Below are positions 26,949 through 38,300 of a DNA stretch of 64,000 bases, piece after piece (the first letter of the stretch is position 1; each line of letters begins with the position of its first letter). The stretch lies in IMG/VR virus record IMGVR_UViG_3300032285_001029, positions 1 to 64,000 of that record; one strand, 5' to 3'. Below the pieces are notes generated by a model. It made no database searches, was not told where the DNA came from, and saw nothing but the letters and a program-made list of their open reading frames with translations. This DNA comes from a virus. Position numbers and translations under genes: made by a program.

Positions 26949-27122
26949 TTATTTTCTGTATGTTGCCAAATTGATAATTCGAGCTAGTGTAGGTTCATGT
27001 GAAAGTACTGCATCCTGTCGAATTTCTGGTTCTGCCTGTTCTTCTATTGTTGTTTCTGTATTTTGAATTGGGTCTAATAATTTAATATAATCGAGAAACC
27101 CTTTGAAGTTATAATCTGCCAT
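26949..27122 (-). CDS. 57-aa protein absent from the ORF track (MADYNFKGFLDYIKLL...LARIINLATYRK)
   Basis: ATG directly after the upstream stop; fills the gap; carries the L..I..LA motif of neighbouring proteins. Confidence 0.65.
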   Translation of the reverse strand: MADYNFKGFLDYIKLLDPIQNTETTIEEQAEPEIRQDAVLSHEPTLARIINLATYRK

Positions 27123-27123
27123 T

Positions 27124-29220
27124 TTATAGTCCCATCATTTTTTGAATTAAGTCTTTCATAGAACCATTAAGTGTATTATGCGTTTGTTCTGATTCACGAC
27201 TTGGCTGTTCTTGAGGTGCAGAATGCACATTGGCAAGTTTAAGAATATGTCCTAATTCTTGTTGCCCGCCTTCATGATCGTGCGTATCTGTACTTGGATC
27301 TGCATGTTCAATATCTCTAATTATGGCGTGTAGATCATCTTCACTGGCATTTGGAAACTGTCCATCGTCAAATGCTTTTTTGATGTGAATTTTAACCCAT
27401 TGTCCGCCGCGTGGGAAATTCTTTTCTTCTTTATTCCAAAAGCCTTGTGCAAATTTTTTCAGTTGCTCGTAACCGGAACCGTATTGTGAGTAACCTAATT
27501 GTTGTGGATCGCATCCACAGTCTTCGATAATTTCTTGGATCGATTTTACACCATGACCAAAATCTAGTTTTGTTTCTAATGTGGCGCCAGCTTTACGTGC
27601 TTTACGTAATGCGGATACAATTGCAGATTCTTCGACTGGGCTAAATTTTTGTGGATGATCGTCAGGCATATCATCTTCTGCCACAGGCGCCGGAGCTGCT
27701 TCTTCAGGTGCAGGAGGCATTGCTTCGGGTGCAGCAGCAGGCTCAGGTGCAGCAACAGGTTCAGGCGGTGGAATCTCAGCCGAACCTTCTTTGCCCATTT
27801 GATCCAAGTCTAATTGATCAATAACATTAGGATCTGGGAATTTATCTTTATTTGCAAGTAACCACGCACCGATTGCGCCTCTTACATCTACATTATCAGG
27901 TGCATCTTTTAAAAGCATATTTAATTCCGGATCATCGATAATGCCTTTTAAACTATTTTGTGGATCTATACCTTGTTCTCCTGGTAACATAGGAGATTGC
28001 ATAATTTCTTTAAATTTGTTAATAGCATCATTTTGTGCAGTTCTATTAGGACTGAACAATCCATTACCTTCTTCATTAACCATACTTTCAATAAAGTTTT
28101 CATAACCTTCTAATTCTAGAAAACTTTCTTCTACTTTATCATCACAAATACAATCTTTAGATGGCCTGTCACATGCGTCGCAATATCCGTCGTTACCTTC
28201 GTCACCGTCTTCGCCTAGTATATCATCTGCTGTTAATTCTTTAACAGGAATATCCGACTCGTCAACTAGCTTATAAATGTACGGGAATACTGATTTTAAT
28301 TCTTCATTAAATGTACGAATGGTCAATCTGTCAACCCAGTCATTCATAATATCTTCTGGGATATCTTTTGCTAAATGCTCTTCGAAGCTTTCTGCAAATT
28401 GTCGATAATAAGTAGGACGTTGTAGACTTAGAATTTCTTTTTTAACTTGATCAATGCGTTCCATTACTTTACTAGTAATGTCGCCCATTGCTTCACTGAT
28501 CTGCTCTTGACGGCCTACGTAATTTTTAAATTTACGTAATTGTCCAAGTTCTTCACTTAGACTGATAATGTATGTACCAATGCTGTCGTAAGGATTGCCG
28601 CCTGCTTTGATATGTTCGGCAAGAGCACGAGCACCATTGATATTCTTGCTTGGAAAACGGAAACGTTCGCCTTGTGAATTTTCAATGTAGATACTGTCTA
28701 CGTGCATTGTTCTGCCAGCTGGTAGTTCCATATTTACAGGCTGATTATGCTTAATAATTAGTTGTGCTTCGCCTAAGTCCTGATAGCTCATTCTGGATGT
28801 GCCATACAACTTATTTTCCATGATAAAATCTTCCTTACGTTGTGAGAAATATTGGTAGTCTCTTTTTTCTAATTGACTTTTGTTTAGTCGTTGCATTTTA
28901 AATTTTAATAATCTGTCTCTAGCAAAATTTTTAAAACTACGAATGAATTTGTAAGCACCTTTATGTGCAACTCCGTCCTCATCGTTGACAAGATCACTGC
29001 CTGCTTGCACAACAATGCCATCGTCCTTGTCTAGAATAATAACAACGGTACCTAAAGGAACATCGTTTTCATTATAGACAAATTCAAAGAATCGTGCCTT
29101 GGGTATATCGGTTTTTTTGCTTAAAACTTCGCCGGCTTCATCGCCGATTTCAATGTCCGGAAAGCGGGTTTGTATCTTTCCGTACAGTTCTTTTGCTATG
29201 ATGTCTAAGTTTGCGTCCAT
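27124..29220 (-). CDS. Large acidic putative head/prohead protein
   Basis: Start adjusted to MDANLDII (TAAATA 4 nt upstream); Glu/Asp-rich, Pro/Ala linker; next to terL. Confidence 0.55.
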   Translation of the reverse strand: MDANLDIIAKELYGKIQTRFPDIEIGDEAGEVLSKKTDIPKARFFEFVYNENDVPLGTVVIILDKDDGIVVQAGSDLVNDEDGVAHKGAYKFIRSFKNFARDRLLKFKMQRLNKSQLEKRDYQYFSQRKEDFIMENKLYGTSRMSYQDLGEAQLIIKHNQPVNMELPAGRTMHVDSIYIENSQGERFRFPSKNINGARALAEHIKAGGNPYDSIGTYIISLSEELGQLRKFKNYVGRQEQISEAMGDITSKVMERIDQVKKEILSLQRPTYYRQFAESFEEHLAKDIPEDIMNDWVDRLTIRTFNEELKSVFPYIYKLVDESDIPVKELTADDILGEDGDEGNDGYCDACDRPSKDCICDDKVEESFLELEGYENFIESMVNEEGNGLFSPNRTAQNDAINKFKEIMQSPMLPGEQGIDPQNSLKGIIDDPELNMLLKDAPDNVDVRGAIGAWLLANKDKFPDPNVIDQLDLDQMGKEGSAEIPPPEPVAAPEPAAAPEAMPPAPEEAAPAPVAEDDMPDDHPQKFSPVEESAIVSALRKARKAGATLETKLDFGHGVKSIQEIIEDCGCDPQQLGYSQYGSGYEQLKKFAQGFWNKEEKNFPRGGQWVKIHIKKAFDDGQFPNASEDDLHAIIRDIEHADPSTDTHDHEGGQQELGHILKLANVHSAPQEQPSRESEQTHNTLNGSMKDLIQKMMGL

Positions 29221-29230
29221 GTTATATTTA

Positions 29231-30823
29231 TCAAAGGTTATGTGAAACGAATAAGGGTAGAGGAGGAACCCAGTCCTCATCAAACCCTTCTACACTAAGC
29301 TTTTCAAATACCACAGGATCCCATTCTGCTAATACTACACTCATTCTTATTATTAATAATAGACCAGCTACTAAATCGTCGTGCTGCCCAACTTTAGCTT
29401 TGAATCCTACACCGTGCGCTATGAATGATTTTAATTCACTAATTAACGCCTTAGAATTGATCTGCATCTTATTTTCTTCAATTAGAAATTTTAATCGACT
29501 ACAAGCTGATATCTTATTACCATGTGTGGTATTAAATCCTTTACGGAATTTACGTACATGTCCTTTACGTACAGGTTCGCTTAAGAATAATCCAGGGAAC
29601 GATTCTTCACCAAAATCTGAAATTACAACTAATGCTGCTTCTCCGATGGTGTTATTTTCTACGCTCCAGTATATGTTACTTCTATTATCTATACCTATTT
29701 CGTCTTGAATATAAACTAGTACTTCTCTAAGTAATCGAACTTGTTCTTGAACTTTTGTTATATTATGCTGCCACTCGGCGCACTGTGTCATGCTAGGCAT
29801 TTCGAATACTTCAATAGCTGCATAATCGCCACCGGTACCCAAACTAGGATCTAATGCTATTAAATACACATTACCAGGTGTTGGTTTTTTATACCAACGA
29901 ACTTGCCCCATACGCAATATTGGATCTTTGCCTACTAACTCGGATAATTTAATACTGTTAACTAATGTTTCATCATAGACTAAGAATTCGCAGCCATATT
30001 CACGACGGAATCTTTCTTCGCCAATACGGCCAATTTCTGTTCTACGCCAATCATCATCGCGATCTGGATGTTCGCTCCAATCTGCTCTAAAACCGTAAAA
30101 TCCATTTATGCCACGTCCGTCTTCACTTTCGTTGCCAAATTCGTCAAATCGATTTTGACTTTCTTTCCATATGGTTGCGAATTCGTCTTCGTCACTGTTA
30201 GGTGTACTAGTGATAATTGCACGACCACCAGTTGCTAGAGTGGGCGATATTGAAGTCCAGAATTCTGTAGCAATGTTCGGTTGCACAAATGCAAACTCGT
30301 CGCAATATAGTAAAGATATTGACATACCTCGACCTGTATTACCAGTAGTAGTTGCACTGACAATACGCGAACCGTTATCGAATTCGATACTGCCTTTATT
30401 ATAGTTTACAACACCGGATCTTATATAATCAGGACATAGTTCGTATGCGTATCGAATACGCTGCATAATTTCCTGTGATCCTGTGTATTTGTGTGCAGCT
30501 ACTAATATTGTTTGATCAGGATGAAACATTGCATACCATAACAAGTACGATGCTGCACATGTAGTCTTGCCGCTTTGGCGTGGCAGCATATTAATGTTAA
30601 ATCTATAATTATGATAGCTGTCTAGTAATCTTGTTTGATATTCAAATGGTTCAAATAATAACTTACCTTTGACAGGATGTTGTATATAAAAGAAATTCTT
30701 AGCAAAATAATGATGCCCGTCAACAGGACTAGCACAGCCCATTAAATGTGTTAATTGATCTTCTGTAAACTTTTCTTTAGTATGCGCCTTTTTTGTTAAG
30801 ACGCCATCGAGTGTTTTTACCAT
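29231..30823 (-). CDS. terL: Terminase large subunit (T4 gp17-like)
   Basis: PRQSGKTT, YCDEFAF, ITSTPN, F.REY.CEF, LDPSLG.GGDY, VENN, HDDLV. Confidence 0.95.
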   Translation of the reverse strand: MVKTLDGVLTKKAHTKEKFTEDQLTHLMGCASPVDGHHYFAKNFFYIQHPVKGKLLFEPFEYQTRLLDSYHNYRFNINMLPRQSGKTTCAASYLLWYAMFHPDQTILVAAHKYTGSQEIMQRIRYAYELCPDYIRSGVVNYNKGSIEFDNGSRIVSATTTGNTGRGMSISLLYCDEFAFVQPNIATEFWTSISPTLATGGRAIITSTPNSDEDEFATIWKESQNRFDEFGNESEDGRGINGFYGFRADWSEHPDRDDDWRRTEIGRIGEERFRREYGCEFLVYDETLVNSIKLSELVGKDPILRMGQVRWYKKPTPGNVYLIALDPSLGTGGDYAAIEVFEMPSMTQCAEWQHNITKVQEQVRLLREVLVYIQDEIGIDNRSNIYWSVENNTIGEAALVVISDFGEESFPGLFLSEPVRKGHVRKFRKGFNTTHGNKISACSRLKFLIEENKMQINSKALISELKSFIAHGVGFKAKVGQHDDLVAGLLLIIRMSVVLAEWDPVVFEKLSVEGFDEDWVPPLPLFVSHNL

Positions 30824-30837
30824 AAACTTATTTACTC

Positions 30838-30865
30838 AAAAAAATAGACTCCGAAGAGTCTATTT
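30838..30865 (-). terminator. Rho-independent terminator with UUCG loop
   Basis: AAATAGACTC-TTCG-GAGTCTATTT plus T run, followed by the terL late promoter TAAATA (30829-30834). Confidence 0.9.
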
Positions 30866-30898
30866 GGCACTGTTAAACGATGTGCTAACTACAACAAA

Positions 30899-31678
30899 TT
30901 ACTTTTTATATTTGTTGTATTTGTCACGGATAGCATCCATTTCTTTTTCGCTAGCACCTTCACGTCCTGCTTTGGCTAGTTCTTCCATACCATCGCCATA
31001 CTTTTCCCAGCCTTTAGCAGCACGACTCATTGTTTGCTTTTTACCTTCTTTGATTTCATCATACATTACTGCTAATTTTTGTTTTAAAGTTTCTTGCATA
31101 GGATTTCCGCCACCGTTAACTTTTGGTGCTTCTTTACCTTTGCTAGCCAAGTCATCTCCTGTGCCAATCACTGCGGCAAGTTTAGCAACTTTTGCATTTG
31201 GTTCATTCATCCACTCGTCGGTTGGTTTTTCACCTAATAATGTGTCATCTTCTTCTTTGGCGCCTAACAATACATCGTTGTCTGGCACATCGAACTGTGG
31301 TTGCATTGATTCTTCGTAATCGTCTAACTCAACTTGCCCTAACTCTGGACCGCCCATGACTCGTAATTCGTGAGCGACGATTAAAGAATCTATACCAGTT
31401 TCGTCGGAAATTGCTTGAGCATAATCTAAAATGTTTTCCGGAGTTATGTTCTCTACTGATAGTTCCATGCTATCCATGGCACTATAGATTGCTCGTTCTC
31501 TTTCATTGTACTCTTCTGGTACAGGTTGGCCTGATAAGTGTCTAATTGCTGACAGCTCGTCCATCGGCATTTCTGGACTGCTTGGGGCTGCCATAGCTGC
31601 TTGCGCAGGAGGCTGCATACTTTCTTGAGTTGGCTGATCCAACTCTTGCATTTTTTTAAGTAAATTGTCGAAATTCAT
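30899..31678 (-). CDS. Acidic putative head/internal protein
   Basis: 259 aa, low complexity, LSAIRHLSG motif. Confidence 0.55.
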   Translation of the reverse strand: MNFDNLLKKMQELDQPTQESMQPPAQAAMAAPSSPEMPMDELSAIRHLSGQPVPEEYNERERAIYSAMDSMELSVENITPENILDYAQAISDETGIDSLIVAHELRVMGGPELGQVELDDYEESMQPQFDVPDNDVLLGAKEEDDTLLGEKPTDEWMNEPNAKVAKLAAVIGTGDDLASKGKEAPKVNGGGNPMQETLKQKLAVMYDEIKEGKKQTMSRAAKGWEKYGDGMEELAKAGREGASEKEMDAIRDKYNKYKK

Positions 31679-32298
31679 TATTTGGCCCCTTTAATTGGAC
31701 TAGGTATTTTAACTTGTTTAGATAGTGGGCCATCAGTATTAATCTTGGCACTTTCTGCCTTAGGTGTTTCACTGTCATGTGTTGGCATGGAACTAGCAAG
31801 TATGTTATCATTTACACCTTTATACTGTTCGCCAATATTTTTAGTTTTGCCTAGTTCTTTTAGAAAAGACATAACCCATTTATCGCCTACTTTATCTTGT
31901 GCAGATTCAGATTCAATTTCAAAAGTGTTTAGTAAAGCTTTGCCACTTTTTTCGGAGTTTGCATTATTAATTCGTATTTCATCTTCTTCTTTTAAATTAC
32001 GAACAACTACGCAGTGTAGTGGAAGATTACAACTCTCGCTAATCGCTGCACGTATTTGTGTGCTAGTTGCTGGATATGACGTAACTATATCAAATAATGT
32101 TACGCTAATATTCTTGTGATCAGGAAAATCTGAGTGATTTTCTGCAATTGGTAAACTTTTTCCAGAACTGCATTTTGCGCATTGAAACTGCGATAATGCT
32201 GCCTGAATGTCCTTTGCAGTACACTTGCCATCTGCGATTTTAATCTTAAATTCGTAGATTCTGTGGCTTTCTTGTAAGTACGAGGTAAATGGTTTCAT
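31678..32298 (-). CDS. Hypothetical virion protein
   Basis: MKPFTSYLQES start; TAAATA at 32316-32321. Confidence 0.6.
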   Translation of the reverse strand: MKPFTSYLQESHRIYEFKIKIADGKCTAKDIQAALSQFQCAKCSSGKSLPIAENHSDFPDHKNISVTLFDIVTSYPATSTQIRAAISESCNLPLHCVVVRNLKEEDEIRINNANSEKSGKALLNTFEIESESAQDKVGDKWVMSFLKELGKTKNIGEQYKGVNDNILASSMPTHDSETPKAESAKINTDGPLSKQVKIPSPIKGAK

Positions 32299-32318
32299 AA
32301 GTCAATCCTATACTATAT

Positions 32319-32795
32319 TTATTTCATATTCTTTAATTTTTCAAGTAGACTGTTGCGATCTGACACAACAAATCCTTCACCATTTACAGTAATACCCTTG
32401 TCCTCTGTAACAGCATCTTGATCTAACTTTTGCTTTTTAAGCTGTAAATCGATCATTTTTAGCTTTTTATCGATTTTAGCTGACTTTGCATCTATAGCAT
32501 TTTTTAACATTGCACCAGCTACTTCAAAGATTCGAGCACTATATCTTGCTTCTACATTCATACCTAAATCAATTAAATCGTCGTATGCATTCGTAGCTCG
32601 CAGGGCTAGTTCATCAAATTCAGCATCTGCTAGATCTCCTAGTCCTTTTACTTGCGGTAAACTGGCTGAAATTTTATCAAATTCTGCCATGTCTCTAAGA
32701 AAGGGTTCGGGTTTAGAAGGAGCAGAAGCCTTTTCTTCTGATTTAATAATTTTTTTACTTTCAGGTAAATTGAGTAATTCTTCAAGTTTTTTCAT
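32319..32795 (-). CDS. terS: Probable terminase small subunit (T4 gp16-like)
   Basis: Helical; ARIFEVAGAMLKN resembles the gp16 PR..EV...L motif; C-terminal FV.S....L...LK; TAAGTA upstream. Confidence 0.6.
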   Translation of the reverse strand: MKKLEELLNLPESKKIIKSEEKASAPSKPEPFLRDMAEFDKISASLPQVKGLGDLADAEFDELALRATNAYDDLIDLGMNVEARYSARIFEVAGAMLKNAIDAKSAKIDKKLKMIDLQLKKQKLDQDAVTEDKGITVNGEGFVVSDRNSLLEKLKNMK

Positions 32796-32818
32796 ATGTT
32801 TACTTATCTAATCGTGGC

Positions 32819-33247
32819 CTAGTAGAACATGTCGTTTTCGTTGATTACTCTAAATTTGATACCTTGTTTGCTGCACCAAGCATTTGCACTAGCCCATTTA
32901 GCCTGATTCTTTACAAATTGTGCTTGATTATACTTGTTTTTTCCTACACGTTCTAAAATAGTTTGACTAGCAGGCTTAATTTCAATTAGCTCTACGTGCA
33001 TTTTGCCAAATTTATCGGCATATTGAATAAAAAAATCAGGAACGTATACAGTTTGTTTTCCTGTTAAAGGATCTCTATAAGGAATTTGAACAGCTTCGCT
33101 AGCCCATTTATGTACATTCTCATTGGTATCGCAGAATCGCATAAAGCTTAACTCCCAACTACTGCGATATGTGGGAATTTTGGTTCCTACATACTTTTCT
33201 GGACGAGTAATTGTAAATCTGCCTTTTGCGAACTTTCTGCTAGCCAT
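32819..33247 (-). CDS. Head completion nuclease (T4 gp4-like)
   Basis: PEKYVG, YRSSWE..FM.FCD, WASE...IPY, YVPDF, IEIKP, N.AKW..A, F....E. Confidence 0.9.
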   Translation of the reverse strand: MASRKFAKGRFTITRPEKYVGTKIPTYRSSWELSFMRFCDTNENVHKWASEAVQIPYRDPLTGKQTVYVPDFFIQYADKFGKMHVELIEIKPASQTILERVGKNKYNQAQFVKNQAKWASANAWCSKQGIKFRVINENDMFY

Positions 33248-33612
33248 TATATAAGAATATTTCGCGATTCGAATGTGTCAACCGTAGGGTTAATTCTGTA
33301 ACCTAATAAACTAGTTTTTTCTCTGTAAGAATTTAAAACCTGAGCTACGACTTGACTTAATTGTATATTTGTTAAGATTTTTAGCGAATCTATAAGAGCC
33401 ATTACATTTACATTATCTAGTCTTGCTTGATTTAATAAGATTATAGATACTGTTCTAGCACTTTCTGTACTAAACCCTTGTTTAATAAAAAATCCAACTA
33501 CTGCATCTATTTGTCCGGCAGGAAAAGATAGCTGATTTTGAAAATATTTGTCAAAAAAATCTTTAACTTCTGTATGTCCAGTTGTTTGAGTTGTAGGTAA
33601 ATTACCGATCAT
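33247..33612 (-). CDS. Hypothetical protein
   Basis: 121 aa, coupled to the gp4-like gene. Confidence 0.6.
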   Translation of the reverse strand: MIGNLPTTQTTGHTEVKDFFDKYFQNQLSFPAGQIDAVVGFFIKQGFSTESARTVSIILLNQARLDNVNVMALIDSLKILTNIQLSQVVAQVLNSYREKTSLLGYRINPTVDTFESRNILI

Positions 33613-33627
33613 ATTTAGGCCATAAAA

Positions 33628-34611
33628 TTAAATTGGTTTTGCAATCACTGTCGCACCGCTGATACTAGCTGTTGGGAATGCAACATTTGAAATGCCGCTA
33701 ACATTTGATACAAGTGTGTTAGATGTACTAGTAACAATATTGTTTACATTATCTATGACAGTTTTTGTATTTTGATATGTATTAACAGTATCGATTAAAT
33801 TTCCTAAAAAACTAGTAGAATTATCTTTTATTTTAGAAGTAGAAACAAAACTAGCAGGTTGACGTCCGTCTTGATTAATACCCGACAGTGTACTTGGGGT
33901 TTGATCATAATGCTCTAACCCAAATCCTTCAGGTGTGCCGGCAGTAACATTTCCATAACTATAAGATACTGCTTCGTAAGCAATAGTCATATTATTGTCA
34001 TGTACATCGTTGGTACTGTAAGATACTTTGTTATGATTCCAAGCTGTGATAATTGGGTTGTGTAGTTTATAACAGACATATTCATGTCTTGCCATTTGAT
34101 ACATTTTAATATAAGTAAAAAACGGAGTTGTACTACCGTTATCTAAACCGTATGTGCCTGTAGTATATGCAAAACTTCTTGTAGCAGTTCTGTTATATGC
34201 ACCTGGTTTTGTTGCACTTGTAGGATCTGCATAGTAATAACTATAATAATTATTCCATAAATTATTAATTACACCTATGTTGTCATCGTGAAATACTATA
34301 TTCAGTGGTTTATACTCTTGTTTATATTGTATGTTCTTTTTTCTATTGTATTGATTAAGAGTTTCGATTTTAATTTCAAAGTTAGGCAAATCTGCACTTT
34401 TAACTAACATATTAATTTCGTTATTATGTACTTGTCCAAGACTAGGATCTCTAAGTGCAGCTTTGTTCAATCCAAATGCAAGGTGATAACTAAATTTCCA
34501 CTTTGGAGCTAATGCAAATTGCCCGTCAGTAAAGAGTCTAGCTGCATGTTGATAATCATGCAAGACTTGGTTTGATACTTGAGATAAGTTTCTATTAGGT
34601 GTGAATGGCAT
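33628..34611 (-). CDS. Tail-tube-like baseplate protein (gp48/gp54-like)
   Basis: LVKSADLP.F......NQYNRK, Y.P..I.FHDD; adjacent to the tube gene; TAAATA 4 nt upstream. Confidence 0.65.
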   Translation of the reverse strand: MPFTPNRNLSQVSNQVLHDYQHAARLFTDGQFALAPKWKFSYHLAFGLNKAALRDPSLGQVHNNEINMLVKSADLPNFEIKIETLNQYNRKKNIQYKQEYKPLNIVFHDDNIGVINNLWNNYYSYYYADPTSATKPGAYNRTATRSFAYTTGTYGLDNGSTTPFFTYIKMYQMARHEYVCYKLHNPIITAWNHNKVSYSTNDVHDNNMTIAYEAVSYSYGNVTAGTPEGFGLEHYDQTPSTLSGINQDGRQPASFVSTSKIKDNSTSFLGNLIDTVNTYQNTKTVIDNVNNIVTSTSNTLVSNVSGISNVAFPTASISGATVIAKPI

Positions 34612-34658
34612 ACCGTATTTATCAATTTAATAAACTGGGTAGTTTATGAAACCCTATT

Positions 34659-34683
34659 AAAAAACCCACCGAAGTGGGTTTTT
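34659..34683 (-). terminator. Rho-independent terminator with UUCG loop (potentially bidirectional)
   Basis: AAAAACCCAC-TTCG-GTGGGTTTTTT after the tube gene. Confidence 0.9.
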
Positions 34684-34685
34684 AT

Positions 34686-35306
34686 TTAAATACCGCCACC
34701 TGTTGCATTTGTTAATGCAGTTCGAGTCGTCGAAGGTGCTGCACCTCCTGTGACTTCTAAACAATTATCGACTTGTATTGTTAGATCAATAGTTACTGGA
34801 TCCATGGTTGAGTATTTTAGATCACCGTACGCAACGTCTTGTAAATAGCAGCCATAACACTCCCATGTTTCTAAGACATTTGGAGCAAATGCACCGTTAC
34901 CGCCATCTAACATTTCGATACGCATCGTGAACTTGTAATCACCACCACTAGCTGCTGAACTTTGTTCAAAGAAGTCAAATTGTTTTTGGATTTGTTCCCC
35001 GACTAGTTTACTAACTGCTCCAGACACATCGTCTCGAAGTACAACTTTAATTGATCCCCAAGATGGTTTTCCAGCTAAGTTGACTTTTGAGTTGTATACA
35101 TCAATAACTTTATTTTCAAAAGTTACCTTTGGACGACCAGCATCTTGAACTTGTTTGGTCAATTCAGTTGTAGGAGTTGATGTGCCGAAGTTTTCAAAGT
35201 TAATTCTAAAACGATATTTTAACTTCGGCATTAACAAGCCTTGGGTACTAGCACTTTGATCCGATGCTAGTGGTACTGTAAATTTACTTAATGATGAAAT
35301 AGCCAT
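34686..35306 (-). CDS. Tail tube protein (T4 gp19-like)
   Basis: YRFRI.F, RP...F, AGK.SW..I...RDD, W...GC; immediately downstream of the sheath gene. Confidence 0.85.
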   Translation of the reverse strand: MAISSLSKFTVPLASDQSASTQGLLMPKLKYRFRINFENFGTSTPTTELTKQVQDAGRPKVTFENKVIDVYNSKVNLAGKPSWGSIKVVLRDDVSGAVSKLVGEQIQKQFDFFEQSSAASGGDYKFTMRIEMLDGGNGAFAPNVLETWECYGCYLQDVAYGDLKYSTMDPVTIDLTIQVDNCLEVTGGAAPSTTRTALTNATGGGI

Positions 35307-35318
35307 TTTTAAACTCCG

Positions 35319-38300
35319 TTATGCTGTTAATGCAGCAGTTGCACCGCCTAGTTGTGCAATTTCACCAGTATTTCTTAAGCGAATTGGAATATAGATAAAT
35401 TCTGCTGCTTTAACTGGTTCAACAGCAATATCTAAATGCAGTTCGCTCTTGTCAATAGTTGCTGGTGTGTTGTTAACAGTATCACAAACAGTGATAAAGT
35501 CATAAATTGCACGTTGACCTACTAATTCTAATAACAAGGTATCAGCTTGTTGTTTAATTTCATTACGTGTAATTGTATCGTTTGGTTCAAACACATACGG
35601 TTTTGCCAATTGATTAAATATTCGACGTAAGTAAATGACTAAACGTGCAACATTTACTCGATCCAATGAACTAGCTATTAATTGTCGTGTATATTGTCCG
35701 TATGCTACGATTCCTGTACCTGAAATATAGGTAATTGGATTTACATGGATTGAAGCTAGTGTATCCCTTTGCCCAGTGTTTAATGCCACAGATTGAAATT
35801 CACCTTCTGTAGTAATATAACCCGCTGCACTAGCATTAGTAATATGTCCACGGCGTGTACCAGCCGGTGCAAACCAAGGATAACTTACATTATCGCTTAA
35901 AGATATAGTTTTTAACATCATATGACTTGGCGGTACTGCGATATTTCTTCCATTATTGTCAACAGTATAGCCCCATGGGTAATATACACCTAAATACGGA
36001 TCTGTAGTTACCAGACCTGCATCTCCGTCAACTAATGCTTTAGCTTTGTTATTACCCCAGTTGTTTAAAGTTGTTGCATCTGGGGTTAATCGTGCAGGAG
36101 TATCTCCAACAACAAATGCATCTAATCCTCTATCATAATTTAATGCCACTAGTTCTGGGATACATTCAGGATAGCCTGGTGCTGCTAATAAATTAATTAT
36201 TAGACTTTCTTCGTCTCTAATATATTGATTGCTTGTCAACAATGCATTCATTGCTTGTATGACAACTTGTCTTTGAGACTTACGCCCAAATGATCCGGCA
36301 CCATCTTCTTGATTAGCAGCTACACTGACCCAGCGATTCGGGTAATAATCGGACATTGGCTCATCATTGTTGAAACGAGGATTACGATCTAAAACATTTA
36401 CGTAGTTTTTAACATAATGTTTAACGTTATTGCTGCTGCGACGTAAATTGTATAGCATCATGCCACGTGGATATAATGCTGGGTCTGGGCAATCAAAATC
36501 TACAAAATCGCTCGTTAATAAACTAACGATACTTGCAGGATCTGCACCTTGACCGTTTGTATTCCAACGTGCATCATGGAATACAATACCTGATTCAGTT
36601 GTTTGATCCGACTTATCAACTAATACCCATAGTTTAGTTAATGAATTATACTTGTAAAGTACAGGGAAATTTTCTAAATCTCCAGTATCGATCCATAGAT
36701 CGCCAGTTTGTAAGCTAGTACCATCAGACTGTTTAGTTGGTTCTGTTGCTGAAATAATTGGACCGTTTGGATCTGTTTGTACTGTATCATCATTATCATA
36801 ATACGGCGAAGTTAAACTGAGATAACCAACCCATTTTGACCCATCGTTAATCATGATATCTACATCGTGTACATTGCTATCATACCATAATGTCTGATCT
36901 GCAGGTGTTGTAGTAGGTGCACTGCTGCTTGGGATGATAGTTGCCGCATTCCATAAACTAGCAACAAAGTGACCTGTTACACCTTTTGGATCATTGTAAT
37001 AATTGTCAGTTGAATCAACTGCAAATAATGCTGTCAATGGATTACCTGTTCCGTCGACTAAGTTAATTTCGCCACCTTGTTTATGACTAATTGTGATAAC
37101 ATTAGTCGAAGTATTTAGGTTAGTAATTATGTTAGAGTCTACTGGAAGTGCTGCAGTCAATGCTGCTAGAAATGCATTTGCATTTCCTGTAGCAACGCCT
37201 GTTCCTGTAGCTGCTGTAAAGCTGACTTCAATCGGATCTGTCATCGATGCACTGCCTGCATCAGATTCACTAATCATAAATTCGTTACTGCCATTTGCAA
37301 ATGTGCCGTCTCCGATTACTCCGGACACAATACTTGTAGGACCAGATGATGTGCGCTCATAAATTTTGAAGTCGGCCATTTGAGTATTACCTTCGTCGCC
37401 GTTGTATTTGATGTACAATGCGCCTTTGGCAAGATTTAATCCGCCGCCCTTAGGATCAAGTTTTGACAATGCAGTTGTATTATCACTGTATAAATTAGTT
37501 AAGAATGTAGTCCAAGCAGCAGTTGTACTATTATATTTCTTAATAATCCAGTTTGCTCCATAGTTAGGACTAGTTGATTTAACCCAGATACTACCTGTTG
37601 GATAACCGTTTGGATATTGACTGGAAACTCCGTATAAAGGAATTTGTGTATGTGGTTGAATTGTTAACTTAGGAGCCAGATAACTTGCTTCAGCTAGGCC
37701 GACTGCTGCAGCGGCTGTTCCACTTAAAGTAACAGTATTACCTGTTGAAAAGATATTAATAAAACCTTTGATAACTGCTGCTGTGATACCATCACCAGTA
37801 ATAGCTGTAGTATTATTAATTGCACTAACTAGTTCATTTAATGTTGTTGCTGCTTCTACACCGGTTACACTATGACTATTGATAGATAGTGTGTTTGAAT
37901 TCAATGTTACGCTACCGGTTGGTGTTGTTCCTACTGCAGTAGGCCAACTTGCTACCCAGTCAGAAGAACCTACTTCCACCCAAGAACCTGCTGGATGTGC
38001 TACACTACCAGTTTCGGGTTTTTTATACCATAACACATTTAAATCTGTAACAGCAACTAATGCATAACTACCGATTGCTCCGAAACTCTTTGCAGGTGAA
38101 TAATCAGATGCTGAGAAATTATTTACAAGCAGAGTGTCTGTAATTACTGATACTGATTTTACTTTGAATGACTGTCCACCTGATAGTGCGCTCCCGGCTT
38201 GCCATTCAAAGACGCCGTATTGTGAATCAGCAGTATCGAACCAAATAGTACCATCCTCTGGTGATCCGGCTGGAATAGTTGTTGTTTCTTTTAAAGAATT

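Noticed and set aside
13704-30823. Inteins or introns in helicase, UvsX, UvsW or TerL
   Set aside because: Lengths are typical and motifs are contiguous
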